Source: a virus
Lineage: Duplodnaviria > Caudoviricetes
Reading direction: 5' to 3' (one strand)
Virus record (IMG/VR): IMGVR_UViG_3300012200_000001
Coordinates: 1 to 64,000 of that record
Length of the DNA stretch: 64,000 bases
The notes below the pieces were generated by a model that was not told the DNA's origin, did not search any database, and saw only the letters and a list, made by a program, of their open reading frames with translations. The number at the start of each line of letters is the position of its first letter. Position 1 is the first letter of the stretch. A program made the translations under genes and the position numbers. Below, one piece after another: positions 16,957-25,400 of the stretch.

Positions 16957-17169
16957 ATGAAGGCGAGCATAGAGGTTAAAGATCGTCGTGAGGCGGATGC
17001 TATTCGCACCGGACTGGATGATCCGGCGGTGCGAGCATTCGTCGTCATCATGGGCACGCTCAAGCCATTGAGTAAGCGCGCTCAGGCGCGTGTGCTGCAT
17101 TACGTGCGTGATCGTTTCGAAGAAGAGGAAGAATTAACTTCTGAAGGAAACGGCGGAAAGCTGGAGTAG
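16957..17169 (+). CDS. Hypothetical protein
   Basis: GGGAGG SD. Confidence 0.65.
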   Translation: MKASIEVKDRREADAIRTGLDDPAVRAFVVIMGTLKPLSKRAQARVLHYVRDRFEEEEELTSEGNGGKLE

Positions 17170-17246
17170 GTTGACTTTCGTTTCATGGTAGAGTTCGCGA
17201 TGCGAGTCGGAGTTCAGCCAACCAAAAAATTAAATTAGGAGACGAT

Positions 17247-17726
17247 GTGATGTCGGGCTCGGGGTTGGTGCAGTTCCTGGTAAACGTAATTGCGCTGCTG
17301 GCGGCAGGCGGCATATTTTTTCTCTCAATCGACAAAGTGGCACCGGATGAGTTCTTTGCCCGCATTGCCAAGATCGCAATCGGAGCTTTGTTATTGATTG
17401 GGCTTGTGGTCACCATTGCTGCGGTCTTCGGATTGGCATCTGGGGTTACGGTTTCGCCATTGGGCATCGTGTGGTTTGCGGTTGCGGTGATCGTCGCTGT
17501 GGTCATTCTCTACATCATCAACCTGGTCATCGATTGGATCGGGAGAAACATGGGCGGCGGCCCGTGGATCACGCCGGTTAAGTACGTGTTGGGAGCGATA
17601 GTTCTGGTCGGTTTGTTAGTCGCTGCTGCCAACATGCTGTTCGGCTATAAGGTGCCTCTTCAATTCGGAACTACACTATCCTCCGATAACGGCTCCGGAC
17701 ATTTGCGTAGATTGCAGGTGATGTGA
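17247..17726 (+). CDS. Four-helix membrane protein with internal duplication
   Basis: Two similar TM-hairpin units (Thivi_2564-like pattern). Confidence 0.7.
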   Translation: MMSGSGLVQFLVNVIALLAAGGIFFLSIDKVAPDEFFARIAKIAIGALLLIGLVVTIAAVFGLASGVTVSPLGIVWFAVAVIVAVVILYIINLVIDWIGRNMGGGPWITPVKYVLGAIVLVGLLVAAANMLFGYKVPLQFGTTLSSDNGSGHLRRLQVM

Positions 17727-18187
17727 TGCTTAAATCGCCGCGAGGGAACGGTGGGATGGGCTCGGCGGCGTTCCCGTCTCATCGTTTGCCTACGCTGGCA
17801 TCGATGGCACAGAACGACATCGTCGATAGGAATACTCTGCGCGCCGATGTTCCGTGTGGAAAGTGTCAGCTCTGTTGCAAGACGCTGATCGTGCCGTTGG
17901 CCGAAGAGGAGTACGAGAAATATGATTGGGCTTGGATCACAGCACGAGATGGAACACGATTGGGTCGTGCTTTGCAGCGGAAGCCGAACGGTGATTGCGT
18001 GTACTTGGCTGAAAACGGCTGTTCAATCCATGGCCAAGCACCACACGTGTGCCAGCGATTTGATTGTCGTGAGCTGTTCCTCAAATCGGATCGTGCGGGA
18101 CGCCGTCAAGCTGTGAAGAGCGGCAAGATATCGAAGGAGTTATTCGACAAAGGCCACGAGATGCTGGAGCAGACACGCGATGACTGA
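17723..18187 (+). CDS. YkgJ family CxxCxxCC cysteine-cluster protein
   Basis: CGKCQLCC...C.YL...GCSIH..AP.VC..FDC. Confidence 0.85.
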   Translation: MMLKSPRGNGGMGSAAFPSHRLPTLASMAQNDIVDRNTLRADVPCGKCQLCCKTLIVPLAEEEYEKYDWAWITARDGTRLGRALQRKPNGDCVYLAENGCSIHGQAPHVCQRFDCRELFLKSDRAGRRQAVKSGKISKELFDKGHEMLEQTRDD

Positions 18188-18296
18188 GCATCTACTTATG
18201 TTCGCATTAGGATTTGGCAGTGGCGTAGTCTGTATGACGCTGATCGCTTTCGTGGATGGCTGTGCCAGGTTCACAAAATAGGAGGCAGATCACGAA

Positions 18297-18512
18297 ATGA
18301 CATATGGCGAGAAAGCAGTAGGGCTGAGCTTCAACCCGAGCGGCGATCACGACGTCGAGCGAATTAAAAAGCTCTATGCCGAGATCATCGACTACTGCGA
18401 CGACGCTCGTTCCGGCTCAAGCAGCGAGAAGGCGCGACTGTACTCGGTGGCGATCATCGAGGCGCAGACGGCGCAGATGTGGGCGGTGAAGGCGATCACG
18501 TGGAAGGACTAG
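18297..18512 (+). CDS. Acb2/Tad1-like helical-hairpin protein (putative immune-signal sponge)
   Basis: GEKAVGLSFNPSG..V..IK...A..ID...E..RL.S.AI...QTAQMWAVKA.TW. Confidence 0.55.
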   Translation: MTYGEKAVGLSFNPSGDHDVERIKKLYAEIIDYCDDARSGSSSEKARLYSVAIIEAQTAQMWAVKAITWKD

Positions 18513-18671
18513 ATGAGCCTTATTCGTATTTATCTAACGACGGCGTACACATTGACGATGGCCGGTGAGTTCGCCTTGCTTAGAGAGTACATCGTTGGCG
18601 CGATGAAAGTTCTAAACGCCAAAGAGGTCATCATCATTCCGGGTGTCCCGCAGGACAAGCCGATCAACTAA
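18513..18671 (+). CDS. Small hypothetical protein (52 aa)
   Basis: Fills the gap exactly; start abuts previous stop. Confidence 0.45.
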   Translation: MSLIRIYLTTAYTLTMAGEFALLREYIVGAMKVLNAKEVIIIPGVPQDKPIN

Positions 18672-18683
18672 AGGAGAAAAATT

Positions 18684-19031
18684 ATGGTCGATTTCACTAC
18701 CGAGCAGAAGCTTCCGTTCACTTTCGTTGTTAGGGATGGTCGTGGACGCCCCGCCGCCATCGACGGCGCTCCGACTGCTGCGTCGTCTGACGAGACCGTG
18801 GCCAAAGTGTCGGAGCTTACTTCCACCGACAACATCACGTGGAGTGGCGAGGCCGTTAGTGTTTTGGCGGGTACATGTCGCATTGTCGTGACGGCGGATG
18901 CCGACACCACGCCGGAGGGCGTGCAAGATGTGATGGGGGCGATTGATTGCAACGTGACGCTCGATCCTCGCACCAGCGCTCGCGTTGTCACCATGGATCC
19001 CGGTACTCCGGTCGATAAGCCGGTCATTTAA
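18684..19031 (+). CDS. Ig-like beta-sandwich protein
   Basis: D..G.PA.IDG.P...SSDETVA.V; AAGGAG SD. Confidence 0.7.
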   Translation: MVDFTTEQKLPFTFVVRDGRGRPAAIDGAPTAASSDETVAKVSELTSTDNITWSGEAVSVLAGTCRIVVTADADTTPEGVQDVMGAIDCNVTLDPRTSARVVTMDPGTPVDKPVI

Positions 19032-19154
19032 GAGGTTCGCCTCGCCCGCCGGGTCTAATCGGCGTGACCTGGGATGAGGCGGAGGTGGTCGGTGGCGTTG
19101 ATGGTAGAGGGTCTGCCGGAGCCACCGACCCCGGTTAGGTGAAAGGGAGCGACG

Positions 19155-19511
19155 GTGTGGCGTCTAGAAGATTTGACTGTGCCGCAGCGGATCGTCGCGA
19201 CGGTGGTCATAGTTATTGCCGCTCTCTTGGTATTGTTCGTTGTAGGGATGTTCACGGTGGAGGGGCAGCCAATCGCCCTCGTGCCGCCGAGATTCGAGAG
19301 CCACCTAATCAAACTGGATAGGGAGGCAATCGACGAAGCGTACAAAGCGCACATCAGGAGGTTGTTCGATATCTGGGTGACGGACTATGCCGCGAATATT
19401 GGTCAGCCCCCTCGAGCGGTGAAGGGAGCCAACAATGCCAGAGGCGCGTATGTTCAATCTATAACCGCGATTGAGAAGCGAGAATCAGTTCTCGCACCGG
19501 AGAGCAAATGA
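19155..19511 (+). CDS. Single-TM protein preceding the endolysin
   Basis: N-terminal TM; D.EAI..AY...I.RLF.IW...P.RA..G...AR.AY. Confidence 0.7.
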   Translation: MWRLEDLTVPQRIVATVVIVIAALLVLFVVGMFTVEGQPIALVPPRFESHLIKLDREAIDEAYKAHIRRLFDIWVTDYAANIGQPPRAVKGANNARGAYVQSITAIEKRESVLAPESK

Positions 19512-21034
19512 AAATAGTCATCAGTTCGGGGCACGGCTTGCACATCCGCGGGGCCGCGGGTCCAGAGCCTTGGGGCCTCGATGAGGTTGACGAGGCGCGT
19601 CGGGTCGTTGAGCAGGTCGCGACTGTGCTGCGGGGCGGTGGTGTCGATACGACCACTTACCATGATGATGTCAGCGACGACCAGAATGAGAATCTCAACC
19701 GCATCGTCGATTTCCATAACAGCAAGACGCGCGACCTCGATATTTCGGTCCACTTCAACGCCAATGTGAGTACCAGCAAACCAGTAGGGACCGAGTGTTG
19801 GTATGTAACGCAGAGCACGCTGGCGGAAGCGGTTGCGACCGCTGTTGCCGATGCTGGTCACCTGATTGATCGAGGGCCGAAAAAAAGCACCTCGCTTTTC
19901 TTCCTCAATAATACTGAGGAGCCCGCGATTTTGATCGAGGTATGTTTTGTGGACAGCAAGGCCGACGCCGACCTATATCGGGGGAATTTTAATTCTATAG
20001 CTACGGCAATCGCGCAGGCGGTGTCAGGCGAGGCGATACAGCCGGGGCCAACACCGCCGCCTGTCCCTGAGCCCGTGCCGCCATCTGGCGATAGACCGAC
20101 GCTGCAAAAAGGGGACAAAGGGCCTTACGTTTCTGAGCTGCAGAAGTCGCTGGGCGTGCTCAATGCGGACGGCAATTTCGGTTCGATCACTGATACGTGG
20201 GTGCGAGCATTTCAAGCGGCATGCGGCCTGGGTGTCGATGGGAAGGTCGGGCCTAAGACTTGGGAGCAGGTTGACGATCTGGATGAGCGTGTAAGAGAGG
20301 GCGAGCCTTGTCTGCCGAAGAACGTCGCTGATCAGATTTACGCGATGGCAGCTCAATCGGAAATCGCGGACTATGAGTGGCCGGATCGCGACATCACGCC
20401 TCCTGGATATGTGCCTGCCATGGCGATGTCCTTTGCGTATGCTGCGCGCTTATTGCAGGAGGATGACGACGCCGTAACCATCATGGCCAAGGCGCAGGGC
20501 AGTTCCGACAAGGATGCGCTGGCTTGGTATGAGCAAGAATTCACCAAGCTCGGTATAAGCAACAAGAAGGCTGGCATCGATACGTTGCGGCACCTATTCG
20601 TGATGATGATTGGACTTGGTCCACGCGAATCAAGTGCCCGATATTGTGAGGGTCGGGATTTATCGGCCTCCAATGTTGAAAGTACGACAGCCGAGGCCGG
20701 TTTGTTCCAGACATCGTTCAATATCAGCAGCGCCAGCTCCGCGATCCCGCCGTTGCTTGATGAGTTCTGGCTCAACCCGAATGGGTTCCTAAAAGAGTTC
20801 AAGGAAAACGTCGAGCCGACAGCGAACAACTTGAACTGCTACGGCAGTGGCGACGGCGCGCGCTATCAGTGGCTGTCGCGGTTCTGTCCGCTGTTTCATG
20901 TGATGGTCACAGGTGTTGGTATGCGGACGCTTCGGCAGCATTGGGGTCCGATCAACCGGCGCGAGGTGACACTCAAGAAAGAGGCGGACGATCTGCTCAG
21001 GCAAGTACAGGAGTTGATTGAAGCGGTTGCGTGA
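19508..21034 (+). CDS. Endolysin: Amidase_3 + PG-binding + lysozyme-like C-terminal domain
   Basis: ISSGHG, E, SVHFNA, AILIEVCFVDS (Amidase_3); RPTLQKGDKG..V..LQ...DG.FG...FQ (PG_binding_1); RES...GLFQTS. Confidence 0.9.
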   Translation: MKIVISSGHGLHIRGAAGPEPWGLDEVDEARRVVEQVATVLRGGGVDTTTYHDDVSDDQNENLNRIVDFHNSKTRDLDISVHFNANVSTSKPVGTECWYVTQSTLAEAVATAVADAGHLIDRGPKKSTSLFFLNNTEEPAILIEVCFVDSKADADLYRGNFNSIATAIAQAVSGEAIQPGPTPPPVPEPVPPSGDRPTLQKGDKGPYVSELQKSLGVLNADGNFGSITDTWVRAFQAACGLGVDGKVGPKTWEQVDDLDERVREGEPCLPKNVADQIYAMAAQSEIADYEWPDRDITPPGYVPAMAMSFAYAARLLQEDDDAVTIMAKAQGSSDKDALAWYEQEFTKLGISNKKAGIDTLRHLFVMMIGLGPRESSARYCEGRDLSASNVESTTAEAGLFQTSFNISSASSAIPPLLDEFWLNPNGFLKEFKENVEPTANNLNCYGSGDGARYQWLSRFCPLFHVMVTGVGMRTLRQHWGPINRREVTLKKEADDLLRQVQELIEAVA

Positions 21035-21191
21035 GGAGGACTTTGCTTGCCTTTCGAATCGGGATTGAGGATTAAGAAAGCGTATAGATTTTTTGCGCTC
21101 CCTCGATGGCACAACAGCGAGTTTTGTCGGATTATCTCTTGGCTAGGTGTTTCAGTCGTAATGGTGAAATAAAAAACTAAAGGAGGATGCG

Positions 21192-21620
21192 ATGGACCCG
21201 CTCACGATTCTTCAGCTCGCAATTCAGTACGGTCCCGCAGTCAAGGCAGCCATCGATGCGGCAAGTTCGAACAGCGATCTCAGCGCGAAAATAAAAGCGC
21301 TATCGCAGCCGCTGGCTAAGATTCTTGAGACCGTGGGCGGCGCTCTATTTCCATCCGCGAAGCCCGAACTTCACGTTGTCGGCGGTGCCATCGCGGCGTT
21401 CGATCCCAACGTGACGAAGTGGCTGCAAGGCAGTCTCAATGCTCTGGTCGTACCGAGCCCGAAACTTGTGGTTGATGGGCAGTATGGTCCAAGAACCCGC
21501 GCTGCGGTGCAGGCGTTCCAGAAGCAAGCTGGGCTTGTGGTTGACGGTCTCGCCGGGCAGCTCACGCAGGCGGCCGTCATTGCGGCAGTCGGAGCGCTTA
21601 CTGGGCGCAAGACAGCCTGA
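21192..21620 (+). CDS. Peptidoglycan-binding domain protein
   Basis: WLQ.SLN.L....LVVDGQYGPRTRAAVQAFQ..AGLVVDGLAG. Confidence 0.85.
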   Translation: MDPLTILQLAIQYGPAVKAAIDAASSNSDLSAKIKALSQPLAKILETVGGALFPSAKPELHVVGGAIAAFDPNVTKWLQGSLNALVVPSPKLVVDGQYGPRTRAAVQAFQKQAGLVVDGLAGQLTQAAVIAAVGALTGRKTA

Positions 21621-21632
21621 TAGGAGGCGTCT

Positions 21633-21887
21633 ATGAATTTCGACATGTGGATGCAGCTGCTGCGATACAGCCTGTTGACGCTAGGTCCTGCCGCCGCCGC
21701 AACGGGATACGCAACAGGAGAACAGTGGTCGACCATTGTCGGCGGCATCGTTTGGCTGGTGACATTCGTCTGGGGGATTTACGTCAAATACGGCACGACC
21801 TCGGTGCCGGATCGTGTGGCGATCCGCGCGGATGTCCCGACTGTGAATCCCATCACGGGAACAGTGAAGACGGGAGCTGGCACCTAA
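21633..21887 (+). CDS. Putative holin (2 TM, Pam3-gp28-like)
   Basis: Small two-TM protein in the lysis cluster; QW.TI.GG..W.V..VW. Confidence 0.65.
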   Translation: MNFDMWMQLLRYSLLTLGPAAAATGYATGEQWSTIVGGIVWLVTFVWGIYVKYGTTSVPDRVAIRADVPTVNPITGTVKTGAGT

Positions 21888-22087
21888 ATATTACGGAGAG
21901 CATTTCATGGAGGTCAATTTAATTGGAGTGCTGGATGCAGTCAGAGAATGGCGTGACGCGCGCATGGCATTCTGGCCGCCTGTGATACCGCGGTTTGAAC
22001 GCCACCCGCCCGAGCGGTGGGCGAGATTGGAGCAGGCAGAGCAACGACTGATGGAGTTGGCAGAAAAGATTTAAGGAGAGACTTCGC

Positions 22088-22291
22088 TTGAGAGTTCCCG
22101 AGCGTCCAGTGTGGGCTAAGATTTACAAGGGGAGCGCGCATACGCCAAGCTGGCAAGATCAGCAGCTTGTGGCTGTGACAAGGCACACGTTGCACTTAGC
22201 GCGCTCGGCGCTACGGACACAGAACGCGATGGATTATTATGACAACTACGGTGCCGCCGAGCGCGAGATAAACGAAGCGCTGCAAGAATGA
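22088..22291 (+). CDS. Hypothetical protein
   Basis: AAGGAG SD, TTG start, ATGA overlap. Confidence 0.5.
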   Translation: MRVPERPVWAKIYKGSAHTPSWQDQQLVAVTRHTLHLARSALRTQNAMDYYDNYGAAEREINEALQE

Positions 22292-22737
22292 TTGAGACGA
22301 TGAGCAAACGGCTCACGGGGATTGTGATTGAACGAGAGGTCCAGGAGACCCATGTCGATGTCGTGGGTCTGGGCCTGAAGGCATTCAGTCTGCGTGCTGA
22401 GATCATGGCGCTGTGGGCCGACGCGCAGCCCATCATCGATGTCATCAAGCTTCAACTGCCCAAAGTGATCAGCCGCGGACGCGAGTTGTACGCTCGGATG
22501 ATGCCGGAGGAGCAGGCCATGCTCGCGGCGCAGGCTCCCGTGGCCACGTTCGATGCTCTGTGGGTTCAGGAAAAGCTCAAAAAGCTTGGCTACGACCCCG
22601 GTCCGCTCGACGGCATTCACGGACAGATGAGCAGAGCGGCGGTGCGCAAGTTTCAGGTAGAGCATGATTTGCTCCCAGACGAGTGGCCGGGGCGCGAGAC
22701 GGTCATCGCGATAGGCGTTGCTCTGGCCGGATTATGA
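22288..22737 (+). CDS. Peptidoglycan-binding domain protein
   Basis: WVQEKL..LGYDPGPLDGI.G..SRAAVRKFQ..H.L..D..PG..T. Confidence 0.85.
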   Translation: MIETMSKRLTGIVIEREVQETHVDVVGLGLKAFSLRAEIMALWADAQPIIDVIKLQLPKVISRGRELYARMMPEEQAMLAAQAPVATFDALWVQEKLKKLGYDPGPLDGIHGQMSRAAVRKFQVEHDLLPDEWPGRETVIAIGVALAGL

Positions 22738-23207
22738 GCGATCCCTTCCACGCGCGGGCAAATGGCGTTCTCTACCGATCTTTCCCCGCTATTGCCTCGG
22801 GTTTGCTCATCTTCTTAGCGACGCAGGCCCTTCTTGGTTTGATTTGGGCCGCGCAGCTTGGCGCACGGCTCTCGGCACTAGAGCTTCAAGCCACGAATAT
22901 CGTGAACACCTTGCTGCGTTTTGACGAGCAAGGAACAAGACAACTGCCGCTGTTGCGACAGACGCTAGAGCGCACAAACGCTCAGCTTGATGTTGGCATG
23001 AAACGGCTCGATGCTTTGGAGAATCGAAATCACGAGAATCTTGTGGTATTCACCAAGGAGTCCACTGTCATTCGCAGCAGTATCGATGTTCTGAAAAGCG
23101 ATATGACTCGAGTGCAGGAGCAACAAACGAGAATCATTCAGTCGCTCGATTCGACCTATAACCTGATCAATGAACATCTTCGCACCCATGCGGCAGAGCA
23201 CAAGTAG
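22734..23207 (+). CDS. TM plus coiled-coil protein (lysis accessory / spanin-like)
   Basis: N-terminal TM then long heptad region. Confidence 0.55.
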   Translation: MSDPFHARANGVLYRSFPAIASGLLIFLATQALLGLIWAAQLGARLSALELQATNIVNTLLRFDEQGTRQLPLLRQTLERTNAQLDVGMKRLDALENRNHENLVVFTKESTVIRSSIDVLKSDMTRVQEQQTRIIQSLDSTYNLINEHLRTHAAEHK

Positions 23208-23628
23208 AATAGGGATCGCCGGATTGTGTTGGCTTACGATGGTTTCGACGGCGGTGGCGCAAGGAGCTGGGGTCGGGGCGAACCGCATCGGGCATGCAAT
23301 CGACATTCGCGGCACAGTTGAAAGCAACGTGATGGGTCATGCTTCGCCATTGTACAAAGGCGGTGTGGTCTACGGCGATCAATGGGTGAATACGCGCGCA
23401 AACAGCGTCGCCGGGCTTGGTTTGATCGACGAATCGAAGATCCACATCGGCCCAAATTCGTCGGTCAAATTGGACAAATCGAAATATGATCCGGCCAAAC
23501 GCGGTGGTATCGTCAGTCTGCGGATCAGGGGTGGAACCCAAGCGCTGGTGAATACAGCTGCCACCGATTCGACCAATTATCGCCTCAGGGACCCCAATGG
23601 GGTCTTGTCAGTCGGCGGCGGTCGCTGA
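23170..23628 (+). CDS. Secreted FecR-like domain protein, N-terminal half
   Basis: Signal peptide; IG.A..I.G.V...L..G..V...V.T..NS...L..IDES.I.IGPNSSV.LD...YDP. Confidence 0.7.
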   Translation: MNIFAPMRQSTSRIGIAGLCWLTMVSTAVAQGAGVGANRIGHAIDIRGTVESNVMGHASPLYKGGVVYGDQWVNTRANSVAGLGLIDESKIHIGPNSSVKLDKSKYDPAKRGGIVSLRIRGGTQALVNTAATDSTNYRLRDPNGVLSVGGGR

Positions 23629-23647
23629 CGAACAAAGGGAGGCTTCA

Positions 23648-24154
23648 TTGCGAGGGCTCATCGTCGTGACAGGTCTGTTGTCGTGCATGACTTGGGCTCA
23701 CGCCCAGCAAGTACTCAGCGTCGGCAGCAACAAGGTCGAGATCGTGACTAATCCCGATCCGCGCGCCGAATGTGCGACCAAGCTCAGGCTGGTCGAAGGC
23801 GAGATCGAATACAAGATCGCGAAAACCGGCAAGATTGTTCGACTGAGAAATCGATACGAAAGCAATGTCGCCTGCATCACTCGAGCCGGTGACGTGAGGT
23901 ATTCCACCAGCACGCGATCCATTCTAACTTTCTCCGCCGACGCATCCGCCTCTGAGTTCCCCGGCTCTGGGTTCGAAGCCACATCGGAGGGCATCGGAAC
24001 GCCCTCTCAATTCTCCGGCGATGTTTCGGGCGCGGCGTTGATCGCGCCGAATGCCGCTCTCTCTGGGTTGTTCATCTTCGTCCCGGCGTTTGGTTTGATT
24101 GGTCCACTCTTCCTGTCTTCCGGCGCAGGCCAGCCTTCGCCGATATCGCCATAG
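23648..24154 (+). CDS. Secreted protein resembling the C-terminal half of a FecR-like domain
   Basis: GGGAGG SD, TTG start, signal peptide AHA; LRLVEGEIEY...G..V.L. Confidence 0.55.
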   Translation: MRGLIVVTGLLSCMTWAHAQQVLSVGSNKVEIVTNPDPRAECATKLRLVEGEIEYKIAKTGKIVRLRNRYESNVACITRAGDVRYSTSTRSILTFSADASASEFPGSGFEATSEGIGTPSQFSGDVSGAALIAPNAALSGLFIFVPAFGLIGPLFLSSGAGQPSPISP

Positions 24155-24163
24155 GAGTGCGTC

Positions 24164-24349
24164 TTGGTCTGCGAGTATTGCGACGGAACTCAGACTATCT
24201 TAAACGATGAGCACTCAGCTTGGCCTGGAACATATAGGTGGTGCGAATGGTGTACTCCCCGCGGCAAGCCTAGGCCGCCGGGGCCCGGTCTGTGGCACTG
24301 CGCCACCACGACCGGTGTTCTGGCCTGGGAAAAAATCAGCGATTATTAA
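24164..24349 (+). CDS. Small zinc-finger protein
   Basis: CEYCDG...CEWC; AGGAG SD. Confidence 0.55.
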   Translation: MVCEYCDGTQTILNDEHSAWPGTYRWCEWCTPRGKPRPPGPGLWHCATTTGVLAWEKISDY

Positions 24350-24361
24350 AGGAGGATCAGG

Positions 24362-24526
24362 ATGACATTTTTCATGGATCGCACCGGCCCGCTGCTCCGG
24401 TACGAAGATGGAATCCTTCGCGTTGAGGATCTGAACCCTGAGATTAGGACTCGATGGCGCATGACTCGCCGTGAGCGGTTTGTGGTTGGGCTCCGGTTCG
24501 TCTTGTCTGCGTTGTTGCAGAAATAG
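24362..24526 (+). CDS. Small hypothetical protein (54 aa)
   Basis: AAAGGAGG SD; MTFFMDRTG... Confidence 0.55.
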   Translation: MTFFMDRTGPLLRYEDGILRVEDLNPEIRTRWRMTRRERFVVGLRFVLSALLQK

Positions 24527-24538
24527 TATCAGTCAAAG

Positions 24539-24778
24539 ATGAGCGAAGCAGCAACAAGGGCCGCTACGCCGCCGCAGAGCGAGCAGAACTGCGGTAACTG
24601 CCGTGCGTACTTGGAAGATGTAACAACCCCTGATGGCGTGGGGTGGTGTCGCTTTTGGCCGCCCACCCTTCTCATGACTCCGCCGGTCGGAGGCTCCGCA
24701 TTCGGCAATCCGGAGTCGTTTCATCCAGAGGTAAAGGCGGATGATTGGTGTGCGCAGTGGGCACCGATGGAAAAATGA
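24539..24778 (+). CDS. Four-Cys small protein
   Basis: CGNC...G.CR..PP...HP.V..DDWC.QW. Confidence 0.7.
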   Translation: MSEAATRAATPPQSEQNCGNCRAYLEDVTTPDGVGWCRFWPPTLLMTPPVGGSAFGNPESFHPEVKADDWCAQWAPMEK

Positions 24779-24963
24779 CCTGGGTCATGTGGGTTACCCT
24801 GTTGTCCGGCCAGGCGATCTACGCTGGCGAGTATCAAACTTGGCATCGGTGCAGTCGTGCAATCGAGATGCAGCAGAGATACTGGGTCGGGAAGCACGCG
24901 GCAGATAAGATGGAATGCAGGCTATCGACGGTGACACCCCTAAAAGGAAGAGATAACTTTTGA
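24775..24963 (+). CDS. Small hypothetical protein
   Basis: ATGA overlap; hydrophobic N-terminus. Confidence 0.5.
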   Translation: MTWVMWVTLLSGQAIYAGEYQTWHRCSRAIEMQQRYWVGKHAADKMECRLSTVTPLKGRDNF

Positions 24964-24964
24964 A

Positions 24965-25246
24965 ATGAGCCTAATGAAACGCTGTGGCAACTGTTTCTTT
25001 GCGAGGCTTAATCCGCAGATTATCGCGCAGGATATATCGAAGCGGGTATGTTACGGCGCACCTCCAAGTGCGATCCAACTGCCAACGACAGGTGGCCGGA
25101 TGACATTGCAAATGGCGCGGCCGATTGTAGGGGTAACCGAAGATGCATGCTCGCTACATCGCGCCAAGGATGAGGCGGATACGGCACGCGATCACGATGC
25201 CATGCACGAGCTGCAACAGATGAAGAATATGGAGACCAAGCAGTGA
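24965..25246 (+). CDS. Four-Cys small protein, probable paralogue of 24539-24778
   Basis: CGNC...VC..APP...RP.V....AC. Confidence 0.65.
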   Translation: MSLMKRCGNCFFARLNPQIIAQDISKRVCYGAPPSAIQLPTTGGRMTLQMARPIVGVTEDACSLHRAKDEADTARDHDAMHELQQMKNMETKQ

Positions 25247-25400
25247 ACCGGAAATGGTGGCGCAGACTAGCTCAACGAATTGCCTACCCGAAAATGTGGC
25301 CGGTGGTTGTCTCGTATTGGATGCCGATGAACGATGAGACTGCGCCACCGCGAATCGGGGTTTCCGTTAATGGCACAGTGATTTGGTATGGAGTTCTAAC

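Noticed and set aside
19087-19130. 10-bp-stem hairpin GGTCGGTGGC/GCCACCGACC as a terminator
   Set aside because: 24-nt loop and no U-tract; function unsupported
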